From Histomonas meleagridis 2922-C6/04-290x (lineage: Eukaryota > Protista > Parabasalia), in assembly GCA_020184695.1 (NCBI GenBank), contig JAANOX010000280.1, positions 124,001-188,000 on the forward strand: a stretch of DNA of 64,000 nucleotides, read 5' to 3'. The translations under genes were made by a program, and so were the position numbers. The notes under the pieces were generated by a model, which made no database searches, was not told where the DNA came from, and worked only from the letters and a program-made list of their open reading frames with translations. Below are positions 11,862-24,835 of the stretch, piece after piece; the first letter of the stretch is position 1, and each line of letters opens with the position of its first letter.

Positions 11862-12455
11862 ATGACCGAAACTGAGGGATTAAGGCCAATTAAAATTATA
11901 TTGGTGGGACCATCAGGCGTCGGAAAAACGACGTTGATCAATACATTTTTCGAACAGCCTTACGAAAAGAATACACAAACTACAGTTGCACCTGCTTTTT
12001 GTGAAACTACTATCGAAATTTCCGAAGATTGTAATGTTACTTTACACATTTGGGATACAGCAGGACAAGAAAAGTACCAATCAGTTGTTGGAATGTTTTA
12101 TAGAGATTCAGATATTGCATTTGTTTGTTTTGATGAAGAAAACCTTAACGCAGAAAATATTTCAATATGGGTAAACCGTGTTTTATCACAGGTACCTGAA
12201 TGTTTGATTTTCATTGTCTTAACAAAAGAAGATACATTAACAACTGAACAAGTTTCTAAAATATGTGCTGATTCAAAGGCATATATAAAAAAATATAAAG
12301 CCGAAGGATTTTATGTGACATCAGCTTCTACAGGAAATGGTGTAAAGGAATTGTTCCTCGCAGCTGGAAAATGTGCTCATAAAATATGTGGAAAACAAAT
12401 ACCAACAAGCGTCGAAATTGAAAATAACAACCAAGATAAAGGCTGCAACTGTTGA
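11862..12455 (+). CDS. Rab-family small GTPase, divergent (197 aa)
   Basis: GPSGVGKT (G1), WDTAGQEKY (G3), TKED (G4 variant), TSA (G5), C-terminal CNC prenylation motif. First ATG is at 11862; the track's upstream TTG/GTG-type start is not used here. Confidence 0.9.
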   Translation: MTETEGLRPIKIILVGPSGVGKTTLINTFFEQPYEKNTQTTVAPAFCETTIEISEDCNVTLHIWDTAGQEKYQSVVGMFYRDSDIAFVCFDEENLNAENISIWVNRVLSQVPECLIFIVLTKEDTLTTEQVSKICADSKAYIKKYKAEGFYVTSASTGNGVKELFLAAGKCAHKICGKQIPTSVEIENNNQDKGCNC

Positions 12456-13311
12456 TGTGAGTGCACATACAACAATAAACTGTCAATGTGTAAAATATGG
12501 TGTTTATTTTTGATGAATAATCTCTTCTCTAAACATATAAATTAATTTAAATGTGTAAATAAAATGTAAATGGAATTATTGCTTTGATAGACATATATAT
12601 GTATAATGTATTACAAGCTGAAAAAAAGTTATTCTAATTTAAAGTTTCGAATAGCTTTTTAAAAATGTAATGGTATGTTATTAAAATAATTACTATTAAT
12701 GTTTTATCTTAATCGATCAATAATTTAATAAAAAATGTTAAATTTTCTTTTTTTACATACACAATAAATCTATTTTTTGCATAATATCTATTAATAATAA
12801 AAATTTTACTTTCATATTTTTGTTCTTTTTATTCGTATTATATTCATGGTATCAAAATTTCTATTGAAATAAACTCACAACAAAATCTTTTTAAGAGCCT
12901 TTAATTTTATAAACTACATTGGTGAATAATTTGTATGATATTATTCAAAGTCAATTTAGTTTCAATAAGAGTCTATCTAAATTCTAATAGCTTTTAAGTT
13001 ATAATGAATGCGAAAACAGTTTAAAATCACCTTCATTAAGAAACAAAGTTCAATGTTTTTATATTTATTTACAATTTCATGAACGCATTAAAACAGTACC
13101 TTATTATATCAGTTCAGAGTTCAACAATAAATTAAGTGTGCAAAATATCTTTCATATTACGAAGGCTAAAGCAATTTTTGCTTAAAGTAAATATCATTTA
13201 TTCATATGTTAATATCTTTCATCTCTATACAAATGAGAACTGATAATAATTTTATGTTTTTTTTTATTAAAGAACTTCTTAAGGATTAACATAAAAATCA
13301 GAAATTTTTAT

Positions 13312-13704
13312 TTATTTTGATATTGATTGCATTTCATTCATTAGTTCCTGTACTTCTTTCGTAGATTTTTCTATCATGTCCTTGAACTGCAGAAGGTAAA
13401 CTTCTTGCTGATGCATCCATTGGGAGAAATCCAAATATTCATTTTCCAGTTTTTTAACCATTTCGAATGCATTTTCTGAATTTATTTCTTCCATTGGAAG
13501 TGAACTTACAGTTCCACCACTTGAATAAGAAATATTAACATTACTTTTAGGGAATTCAACAAAACTTATCCCTCTTTCTTGTGATTGCTGACTTTTTTCA
13601 TTCATCATACTAAACATATCATTAGCAATCTTTGTAGGTTGAACAATGTTTGGCGTCAGTTTCACATTATCCTTTGAGGTCTGCGCAAACTGGAAAAAAT
13701 TCAT
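13312..13704 (-). CDS. Hypothetical protein (130 aa) with C-terminal coiled-coil
   Basis: Intact ATG-to-TAA ORF with natural-looking composition; no family recognised. Confidence 0.6.
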   Translation of the reverse strand: MNFFQFAQTSKDNVKLTPNIVQPTKIANDMFSMMNEKSQQSQERGISFVEFPKSNVNISYSSGGTVSSLPMEEINSENAFEMVKKLENEYLDFSQWMHQQEVYLLQFKDMIEKSTKEVQELMNEMQSISK

Positions 13705-14082
13705 TTTTCTAATTACAACATCAAACTTTGATGTTCAAAATCTAAAATCGAATTTTGTAAACTTTGATGCGCTGACGATCAAATTCAATAGTGAAAAATT
13801 GAAACAGCATCAAAGTTTGATGTATAAATTAAAAAAATAAATTGTTTCTAAAAAAAGAGTTTATTAATTAGCACAAACATTAAAAAATAGAGTATACGCA
13901 CGAAGAGTTAAAAAGAGTAAAGGTTAAACACAATGACTCGAAGTCATTGAGTTAAGTTAAGTCATTAAAAGTATATTAACAGAAAAAATGACGCAATAAT
14001 ATCAACACGAAGTTGATTTTGAATTGTTATATCTAAGAAAACATCTGGAAAAAGACACGAAGTCAAATTCCTTATGCAAAAG

Positions 14083-15101
14083 TTATGGAGGAACAATTCT
14101 TTTTGGTCTGGTTACAGGACCAGACACCTTAATTATGTTTAATGGTTCATAAATAACATCCATTACATGGAATTCAGGAATTGATAACTTTGGTAATTCA
14201 AATGATTCATATAAGAACGGGTTTGACAGTGCTGTCTCTAAGGAAATTCGATTCTTTGGATCTAATTGAAGCATTGATTTGATCAAATCTTTAATTTCCA
14301 TAAATTCATATGAGAGAGTATTTTGTAGAACCTCTTCAATTTTGGAGTCATAAAGAGATGTCATCGAAGCATATTGAGCTTTTGGTAATTGCTGAAAACT
14401 TGGCCAATTATCTTCATTTGGAGAACCGCAAATTCTAAATATAGAGTCAAGCCGTAATATATCGCTTGATGTAGAGGGTTTATTGAGAACTTTTCCTGTT
14501 ATTATTTCATATATAACACAAAAAAGGCTCCATACATCAACTGCTTGATCATAATGTGGATCTCCAAGAATAGGTTCTGGTGCTCTGTATGAAGGAGTTA
14601 CGACTTTATGTGTTAAAGGTCTATTTTGTTGGTATAATTTTCGAGCTAATTCAGGATAACCAAGTTTTATGATATGATATCGCGATGAATATAACCTTTT
14701 TGATGCATTGAATATACTGCATTAAGTAATTACTTAAGTAATTCTTTTATGAATTCTCTCTTATGTTCGAAAGACAGTGAATTAATACGTATCAATCCTG
14801 CTAAGTCATATTCACAGTAATCTAAGACCAAATATAAGCATTGTTCATTTCTATTATGTTCAATTCCTTTGAGTTTAATTATATTTTCATTGTTCATTTC
14901 TTTGAGACATTTCATTTCTCTGTAGAATGATTGAGGGAGACCATTGTGCAATGCAAATGTATTAACTTTTTTTAATGCAACAATTTCACCAGTGTGATTA
15001 TATAAGACTTTAAAAACATTTCCGTAACCCCCACGCCCAACCTCGGTAATAATTGTATACCTTGAAGTTGTGGTAGGGGAAATTCCACCTTCTTCATCCA
15101 T
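14083..15101 (-). pseudogene. CDK-family (CDK9/CRK-like) Ser/Thr kinase pseudogene
   Basis: MDEEGG...VGRGGYGNVFK...VALKK...LYLVLDYCEYDLAGLI, then in-frame TAA at 14730-14732, then LLNAVYSMHQKGYIHRDI. A frameshifting deletion removes KPxN. It continues IKLGYPELAR (for DFGLAR), VVTPSYRAPEPILG, DVWSLFC...LQLDPKNRISLETALSNPF. Confidence 0.85.
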
Positions 15102-16025
15102 CACAGCAAAATTTTTGTTTAAATGTAAATTATTCAAAAAAATTCGCATTTGAACATTTGACCAAACAATAGAACCAGAGGAAAATCTGACCAAAAGTTC
15201 TCATTAAGCACTGTTTCTAATTGTTAATTACACTGCTAAACATTTACAATATCTAAAAAAGTGTAAATTTAGTGATGTTTTAATATCGTAAAATAAAGAC
15301 TGATACCTTGAATTTTATTGACACTGACATTAAAAAAATATAATCCACATATTTTATATAAATAAAATAAGATTTTGTGTAATGATTAAAATATGAAAGG
15401 AAAAAAATGAATTAAAAATATAAAGAATAAGCGCGAGATGTTATACATTTAAGTTATAACATTTTTAGATAATTTTTTTTAATGAAATATTCACAAAAAA
15501 GCAATCATTGTAAGAAATTACAAAATTCATTTTGTTATTTGGTTGATAGTATTTCTTACATAGAATTTGACTATAAAACAATTTCAATTTTTGTGAGTGC
15601 ATTAACTGAAGATAAAGGTTTGATAATCAATTGATTTATTGTAGAGAGAGAAAGTGTATAAACTTATACATGAGAATTGACTTTGTTACGTGTAAATATT
15701 AGTCTTTGAGTTTGTTGATAAAAATATTTTTGCTAGAAGAAAAAGACCGATATTCATTTGAACGTGGGATACCCCAAACTGTTTACGGTTAAATAATCGA
15801 ATTGTGGTAAAATTTCTTTTTGTAATCCTGTACACCGACCAAAAATATATTGAAATTAGGGCCATTTCAATTTTCTGATCGCGAATCCACTTATTTTTTT
15901 GAGGTCACATCACAATTAACCACTGCTTTTTCAATATTTGAATTAATAAACTTAACAAAAAGCAACGATAATGCAGCCGATACAATTGTTTCAATAATTT
16001 TTGGGGGAGTTATTTGACAAATTTA

Positions 16026-19000
16026 ATGACTGAAGGAGAGATTGATAATCTCAAAGATCAGGGCCAGATAAACACACTCCAATTTCGGGTTGAGCAGTGC
16101 CAAAGTGGACTAACTGAGATTGATAAAAAATTTACTGACCTCAATCATAATGTCAAAAATGAAATCAACAAGATGAAAGAAATCATCGAAGGTAGCAACA
16201 AGAATCTTAAGAAAATCGTACAAAAGCAAATCGATGATCAACTTAGCGATATTTTTGACCAAATTCAAGATCATACTGACCGAATTGAGAAACTTGAAGG
16301 TGGATCCGGTGATTCCAAAGATGAGAAAATTGAGGTGAACATTGAGGTTGAAGAAATCAAAAAGAAAATCCAAATTCTTGAATTGAAAATTTCTGAAATG
16401 AGTGAGCAAACCTTAATTCAAATAAACCAAAGCAAGAATGAAACCCTTAAGCAGATCACTCAAAACATTGAAGAAACCAAAGAAAAGGACGATGAAAAGA
16501 TTAAGAAGTTAGAAGCTGATATGGACGGAATCAAAGATGAAATTGAGAAATTAAAGGCCATGAAAGATGATTTTGAAAAATTAAAGGAAGAGGTTCCAGA
16601 TGTTAAAGAACGTTCTGTTGATCTTTCTGAAAAACAAAATGATGAACTTAACGAACTTAAAGACAAAATCAATGATGTAGCAAATGTATCGAATGACCTC
16701 AAAGAAAAGTTTTCCAAATTTAGTAATGTTGAGCGTGAAGTTCGTTGCTTGAAGTATGAAATGAAGAAGATGCTCAAAGACAAAGAATCCAATCAAATAA
16801 ACGAAGACATCAAAGAGAACATTGATTCTATTAAAGAAGAGTTAGATTCAGTTAAAAATTCAAAGGGCGAAAAAGACAAAGAAATCAGTGAACAATTCAA
16901 CAAATACACCAAATCACTTAAGTGCATCAAATATGAGTTGAAGAAACTCAAATGTGCACAACTCCCGAATGAAGTTGAAGAACCAATTGTTCAAGAACGA
17001 AATATTGAATTAAGTGACGACAAAGAAGGAAAGAATGATATTGAAGACGAATTTAATTCATTAAAGGACGATTTCAAATCTCTTAGAGATGATGTTGACA
17101 AATTGAAAGCAGATAAACCAAATGAAAATTATCAACTGGATGAACTTAAAGAAGATTCAAAGAATTGTAAGCTTTCCTTGAAATGCATCAAATATGAGTT
17201 GAAGAAACTCAAACTTTTGCAACAACAATCAAATGAGAAAAATAATTTCATTGAACCACAAGAAATTAATGCTATGAAAGATGATATGAAGTCATTGAGA
17301 GATGATGTCAACAAATTAAATGAAGAAAATCCTGAAAATCGTAAAGAAGAACTCGAAGAACTTAAAGGAAATGTTAAAAAGCAAAATAGAATTTTACAAT
17401 GCATCAAATATGAGTTGAAGAAACTCAAGATGCAACAACAACAACCAACAGAAACTAAACCAACAGAAGAAGAACCAGTTGTTCAAACACGTGATGTTAA
17501 TATTAGTGATTCATCATCCTCATCATCTAAGAAGCCTAAGAATGATAATAAAGACAACAATGAAGACTTACAACCAATTAAGGATGAATTACAACGCCTT
17601 GGTGATGAAATCAATAAATTGAAGGACAGCAAACTAGAAGACAAACACGATGATGAAGATAAAGAAGATCTTAAGAATATTAAGAAGTCATTGAAGTGCA
17701 TCAAATATGAGTTGAAGAAACTCAAACAAATTGTATCTGAAGCCGAAGAGGAACCAGAAGCAGAAGCAGAATCAGTTGAAGAACAACAACCAACAGAAGA
17801 ACAACCAGCAGAAGACAACAAGAGCAAAGGACCTAAGAAGGTACGTAAGATTATTATCAAGAAGCCAAGGAACAACAATAAGAACGATGAAGACATTGAA
17901 GAGATTAAGGATGAAGTTAAGAACTTCAAGAAATCGATCAAATGTCTTAAATATGAAGTTAAGAAACTCAAGATGCAACAACAACAACCAACAGAAACTA
18001 AAACCAACAGAAGAAGAACCAGTTGTTCAAACACGTGATGTTAATATTAGTGATTCATCATCCTCATCATCTAAGAAGCCTAAGAATGATAATAAAGACA
18101 ACAATGAAGACTTACAACCAATTAAGGATGAATTACAACGCCTTGGTGATGAAATCAATAAATTGAAAGACAGCAAACCAGAAGACAAACACGATGATGA
18201 AGATAAAGAAGATCTTAAGAATATGAAGAAGTCATTGAAGTGCATCAAATATGAGTTGAAGAAACTCAAGATGCAACAACAACAACCAACAGAAACTAAA
18301 CCAACAGAAGAAGAACCAGTTGTTCAAACACGTGATGTTAATATTAGTGATTCATCATCCTCATCATCTAAGAAGCCTAAGAATGATAATAAAGACAACA
18401 ATGAAGACTTACAACCAATTAAGGATGAATTACAACGCCTTGGTGATGAAATCAATAAATTGAAAGACAGCAAACCAGAAGACAAACATGATGATGATGA
18501 AGATAAAGAAGATCTCAAGAATATTAAGAAGTCATTGAAATGCATCAAATATGAGTTGAAGAAACTCAAGATGCAACAACAACAACCAACAGAAACTAAA
18601 CCAGCAGAAGAAGAACCAGTTGTTCAAACACGTGATGTTAACATCAGTGATTCATCATCCTCATCATCTAAGAAGTCTAAGAAGGATAATAAAGATAACA
18701 ACGAATACTTACAACCAATTAAGGATGAATTACAACGCCTTGGTGACGAAATCAATAAATTGAAGGACAACAAACCAGAAGACAAACATGATGATGATGA
18801 AGATAAAGAAGATCTCAAGAATATTAAGAAGTCATTGAAGTGCATCAAATATGAGTTGAAGAAACTCAAACAAATTGTATCTGAAGCCGAAGAGGAACCA
18901 GAAGCAGAAGCAGAATCAGTTGAAGAACAACAACCCGCAGAAGAACAACCAGCAGGAGACAACAAGAGCAAAGGACCTAAGAAGGTACGCAAGATTATTA

Positions 19001-22000
19001 TCAAGAGAGCCAAGGAACAATACAATAAGAACGATGAAGACATTGACGAGCTTAAGGATGAAGTTAAGAACTTCAAGAAATCGATCAAATGTCTTAAATA
19101 TGAAGTTAAGAAACTCAAGTTATAGCAACAACAACAACCAACAGAAACTAAACCAGAGAGTTAAACCAGCGAAGAAGAACCAGTTGTTCAAACACGTGAT
19201 GTTAATATTAGTGATTCATCATCCTCATCATCTAAGAAGCCTAGAAGGATAATAAAGATAACAATGAAGACTTACAACCAATTAAGGATGAATTACAAAC
19301 GCCTTGGTGACGAAATCAATAAATTGAAGGACAACAAACCAGAAGACAAACATGATGATGATGAAGATAAAGAAGATCTCAAGAATATTAAGAAGTCATT
19401 GAAGTGCATCAAATATGAGTTGAAGAAACTCAAACAAATTGTATCAGAAGCCGAAGAGGAACCAGAAGCAGAAGCAGAATCAGTTGAAGAACAACAACCC
19501 ACAGAAGAACAACCAGAACAACCAGCAGAAGAACAACCAGCAGAAGACAACAAGAGCAAAGGACCTAAGAAGGTACGCAAGATTATTATCAAGAGACCAA
19601 GGAACAACAATAACAATAAGAACGATGAAGACATTGACGAACTTAAGGATGAAGTCAAGAACTTCAAGAAATCATTGAAGTGCATCAAATATGAGTTGAA
19701 GAAACTCAAGATGCAACAACAACAACCAACAGAAACTAAACCAGAAGAAGTTAAACCAGCAGAAGAAGAACCAGTTGTTCAAACACGTGATGTTAATATC
19801 AGTGATTCATCATCCTCATCATCTAAGAAGTCTCAGAAGGGATAATAAAGATAACAATGAAGACTTACAACCAATTAAGGATGAATTACAACGCCTTGGT
19901 GACGAAATCAATAAATTGAAGTACAACAAACCAGAAGACAAACACGATGATGAAGATAAAGAAGATCTCAAGAATATTAAGAAGTCATTGAAGTGCATCA
20001 AATATGAGTTGAAGAAACTCAAACAAATTGTATCAGAAGCTGAAGAAGAACCAGAAGCAGAAGCAGAATCAGTTGAAGAACAACAACCCACAGAAGAACA
20101 ACCAGAACAACCAGCAGAAGACAACAAGAGCAAAGGACCTAAGAAGGTACGTAAGATTATTATCAAGAGACCAAGGAACAACAATAACAATAAGAACGAT
20201 GAAGACATTGACGAGCTTAAGGATGAAGTCAAGAACTTCAAGAAATCGATCAAATGTCTTAAATATGAAGTTAAGAAACTTAAGTTACAACAACAACAAC
20301 AACCAACAGAAACTAAACCAGAAGAAGTTAAACCAGCAGAAGAAGAACCAGTTGTTCAAACACGTGATGTTAACATCAGTGATTCATCATCCTCATCATC
20401 TAAGAAGTCTAAGAAGGATAATAAAGATAACAATGAAGACTTACAACCAATTAAGGATGAATGACAATCATTACGTGATGACATAGATAAATTGAAGTAC
20501 AACAAACCAGAAGACAAACACGATGATGAAGATAAAGAAGATCTCAAGAATATTAAGAAGTCATTGAAGTGCATCAAATATGAGTTGAAGAAACTCAAAC
20601 AAATTGTATCAGAAGCTGAAGAAGAACCAGAAGCAGAAGCAGAATCAGTTGAAGAACAACAACCCACAGAAGAACAACCAGAACAACCAGCAGAAGAACA
20701 GCCAGCAGAAGACAACAAGAGCAAAGGACCTAAGAAGGTACGCAAGATTATTATCAAGAGACCAAGGAACAACAATAACAATAAGAAACGAGTAGAAGAC
20801 ATTGACGAGCTTAAGGATGATGTCAAGAACTTCAAGAAATCATTGAAGTGCATCAAATATGAGTTGAAGAAACTCAAGATGCAACAACAACAACCAACAG
20901 AAACTAAACCAGCAGAAGAAGAACCAGTTGTTCAAACACGTGATGTTAACATCAGTGATTCATCATCCTCATCATCTAATAATTCTAAGAATGATAATAA
21001 AGATAACAATGAAGACTTACAACCAATTAAGGATGAATTACAACGCCTTGGTGACGAAATCAATAAATTGAAGGACAGCAAACCAGAAGACAAACATGAT
21101 GATGATGAAGATAAAGAAGATCTCAAGAATATTAAGAAGTCATTGAAGTGCATCAAAATATGAGTTGAAGAAACTCAAACAAATTGTATCTGAAGCTGAA
21201 GAAGAACCAGAAGCAGAAGCAGAATCAGTTGAAGAACAACAACCCACAGAAGAACAACCAGCAGAAGACAACAAGAGCAAAGGACCTAAGAAGGTACGTA
21301 AGATTATTATCAAGAGACCAAGGAACAACAATAACAATAAGAACGATGAAGACATTGACGAACTTAAGGATGAAGTCAAGAACTTCAAGAAATCGATCAA
21401 ATGTCTTAAATATGAAGTTAAGAAACTTAAGTTACAACAACAACAACAACCAAAAACACGTGATGTTAACATCAGTGATTCATCATCCCTCATCATCTAA
21501 GAAGTCTAAGAAGGATAATAAAGATAACAATGAAGACTTACAACCAATTAAGGGATGAATTACAACGCCTTGGTGACGAAATCAATAAATTGAAGGACAA
21601 CAAACCAGAAGACAAAACATGATGATGATGAAGATAAAGAAGATCTCAAGAATATTAAGAAGTCATTGAAGTGCATCAAATATGAGTTGAAGAAACTCAA
21701 ACAAATTGTATCAGAAGCTGAAGAAGAACCAGAAGCAGAAGCAGAATCAGTTGAAGAACAACAACCCACAGAAGAACAACCAGAACAACCAGCAGAAGAA
21801 CAACCAGCAGAAGACAACAAGAGCAAAGGACCTAAGAAGGTACGTAAGATTATTATCAAGAGACCAAGGAACAACAATAACAATAAGAACGATGAAGACA
21901 TTGACGAGCTTAAGGATGAAGTCAAGAACTTCAAGAAATCATTGAAGTGCATCAAATATGAGTTGAAGAAACTCAAGATGCAACAACAACAACCAACAGA

Positions 22001-24675
22001 AACTAAACCAGAAGAAGTTAAACCAGCAGAAGAAGAACCAGTTGTTCAAACACGTGATGTTAACATCAGTGAATCTGATAAATCTGATGAGAATGAAAAC
22101 ATGATTAATCAAATAAATGAACAAATTCAAAACATGAACTCAAACATTGATGATCTTCTTTCTCTCAGATCAACTATTAATTGTCTTAAATTTGAAGTCA
22201 AGAACATTAAATTCAATTTAATTAAAGAAATTCGAAATGAAATCGAAGGTTTATCTAGTGATAAATCTCTTGAACAACTTGTAAGCAAGATGAATGAAAA
22301 CATCGATACATTAAATCAAGACAGTGAAAAGAATGCCAAAGAAGTTGAAGCACTTAAGCTATCCAATGAAGAATCACAAAAGGAAATATCAGATTTGAAG
22401 AATGAAGTTGATAAATTAATGAAAGACTATGCTGAAACTGGACAAGGATTACAACAAACTGTCAGGAAATTAGGAGAAAATGTTGCTTCCTTGATAGCCG
22501 AAAACAAGCATGATACAGAATCACTCCCAGAGCAAATTGCTGAAATGAAAGATGAACTTAATGATAGATTGAACAAACTTGAAGAATCTTCATCAACAAA
22601 CTTAAATGCACTTCAAGAAAACATTGATAAGATCAGAAAGGAAATTGACGATGTTAAGAAGGATAGTGAAGATGCTAAAGAAATGGCTCAATCAAATGAA
22701 AATGCTTTGAAACATATTAAGAAAGAATTAGGTCAAAAGTATAAGAAAGATGTTGAACAACTTAAGAATGATATTAATAACAAATTCAATGAATTTGATA
22801 TTAAGAAGATTGAACTCAATGTTAAATGCTTAATGTATGAAGTCAAGAAACTTAAGGTTAAGACAATAGCATTAGAACAAACAGCAGTTGAAGTAAATAA
22901 TGAAGAATTAAAGCAAATTAGAGATGACGTTCAATCTCATAAGAAATCATTGAGGTGCATCAAATACGAAATTAAGAAACTCAAAGTTTCACAACAATCA
23001 GCACCTGTTACTGAGGAGAGTAAACCAGAAGAAGAACCAAGTGTTCAAACACGTGATGTTGACATAACAGATAATTCAGAGAAATCTGAACAACAACCTC
23101 AAAATAATGTTGATGATAAAGAATTTAATGAACTTAAGGAAGAAGTTAAGAATCATAAGAAATCATTGAAATGCATTAAATATGAGTTGAAGAAACTCAA
23201 ACAAATTGTATCAGAAGCTGAAGAAGAACCAGAAGCAGAAGCAGAATCAGTTGAAGAACAACAACCCACAGAAGAACAACCAGCAGAAGACAACAAGAGC
23301 AAAGGACCTAAGAAGGTACGTAAGATTATTATCAAGAGACCAAGGAACAACAATAACAATAAGAACGATGAAGACATTGACGAACTTAAGGATGAAGTCA
23401 AGAACTTCAAGAAATCATTGAAGTGCATCAAATATGAGTTGAAGAAACTCAAGATGCAACAACAACAACCAACAGAAACTAAACCAGAAGAAGTTAAACC
23501 AGCAGAAGAAGAACCAGTTGTTCAAACACGTGATGTTAACATCAGTGATTCATCATCCTCATCATCTAAGAAGTCTAAGAAGGATAATAAAGATAACAAT
23601 GAAGACTTACAACCAATTAAGGATGAGCTGAAATCATTACGTGATGACATAGATAAATTGAAGGACAACAAATCAGAAGACAAACACGATGATGAAGATA
23701 AAGAAGATCTTAAGAATATTAAGAAGTCATTGAAGTGCATCAAATATGAGTTGAAGAAACTCAAACAAATTGTATCAGAAGCCGAAGAGGAACCAGAAGC
23801 AGAATCAGTTGAAGAACAACAACCCACAGAAGAACAACCAGAACAACCAGCAGAAGAACAGCCAGCAGAAGACAACAAGAGCAAAGGACCTAAGAAGGTA
23901 CGCAAGATTATTATCAAGAGACCAAGGAACAACAATAACAATAAGAACGATGAAGACATTGACGAGCTTAAGGATGAAGTCAAGAACTTCAAGAAATCGA
24001 TCAAATGTCTTAAATATGAAGTTAAGAAACTTAAGTTACAACAACAACAACAACCAACAGAAACTAAAACCAGAAGAAGTTAAACCAGCAGAAGAAGAAC
24101 CAGTTGTTCAAACACGTGATGTTAACATCAGTGATTCATCATCCTCATCATCTAAGAAGTCTAAGAAGGATAATAAAGATAACAATGAAGACTTACAACC
24201 AATTAAGGATGAATTACAACGCCTTGGTGACGAAATCAATAAATTGAAGGACAACAAACCAGAAGACAAACATGATGATGATGAAGATAAAGAAGATCTC
24301 AAGAATATTAAGAAGTCATTGAAATGCATCAAATATGAGTTGAAGAAACTCAAACAAATTGTATCTGAAGCCGAACCAGAAATTAATGAAGAACAACAAC
24401 AGCAGCAACAGCCTATCGAAACTGAATCAGCGCCAGAGCAGCCAGACGACAACAAGAGCAAAGGAACTCGGAAAGTACGTAAAGTTATTGTTAAACGTGC
24501 CAAGAAACCAGACGACAATGCTGATCTCATTGGCGAACTTAATAAGATTAAGAAGAAGCTTGCCAAGATAGAGAAACAACAATCCACTCCACAGCCGCAA
24601 AGCCAAATTTATCAAGTATTCGTTGATTTACCACAAGTTGATAACCAGAAAATCATTTTCCGCGCACATCAATAA
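16026..24675 (+). CDS. Giant (~2,900 aa if repaired) modular coiled-coil repeat protein with ~28 copies of K(S/C)xKCIKYELKKLK; reading frame broken by at least 12 small lesions
   Basis: ORFs 16014-18038, 17731-19125, 19264-19845, 19775-20464, 20492-21163, 21165-21500, 21666-24083 and 23770-24675 encode the same modules and overlap in shifted frames. There is one ATG (16026) and one natural end (TAA 24675). Whether the gene is intact or a pseudogene is unresolved. Confidence 0.75.
17390..24380 (+). repeat. Near-identical coding tandem modules A (~300 nt: QQQQPTETKP...VQTRDVNISDSSSSSSKK...DLQPIKDELQRLGDEINKLK...) and B (~270 nt: QIVSEAEEEPEAEAESVEEQQP...GPKKVRKIIIK...)
   Basis: Modules are directly visible as repeated DNA, mostly alternating A-B, interrupted by a less repetitive block at ~22070-23150. 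Confidence 0.9.
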
Positions 24676-24835
24676 ACAATTTTCAAACTTTTAATTCATA
24701 ACTATTGTTCAAATACTTTTAATTATGTTCCATTATGTTCTTTAAATAATAAAAAATTGCTGTTGGATATGTTCATGCACGCAAGTGATGGAAAAATGTG
24801 TAAATCTTTGAAATATTATGTAAAAAAGTGCTGTT

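Noticed and set aside
14708-14740. Short GT-AG intron (GTAATTACTTAATGCAG) rescuing the CDK stop codon
   Set aside because: Removing the 17 nt shifts the frame away from HRD, and the independent KPxN deletion and DFG loss would remain.
17390-24380. CRISPR-like or satellite array
   Set aside because: Units are long, in-frame protein-coding modules with no unique spacers or cas genes; the context is eukaryotic.
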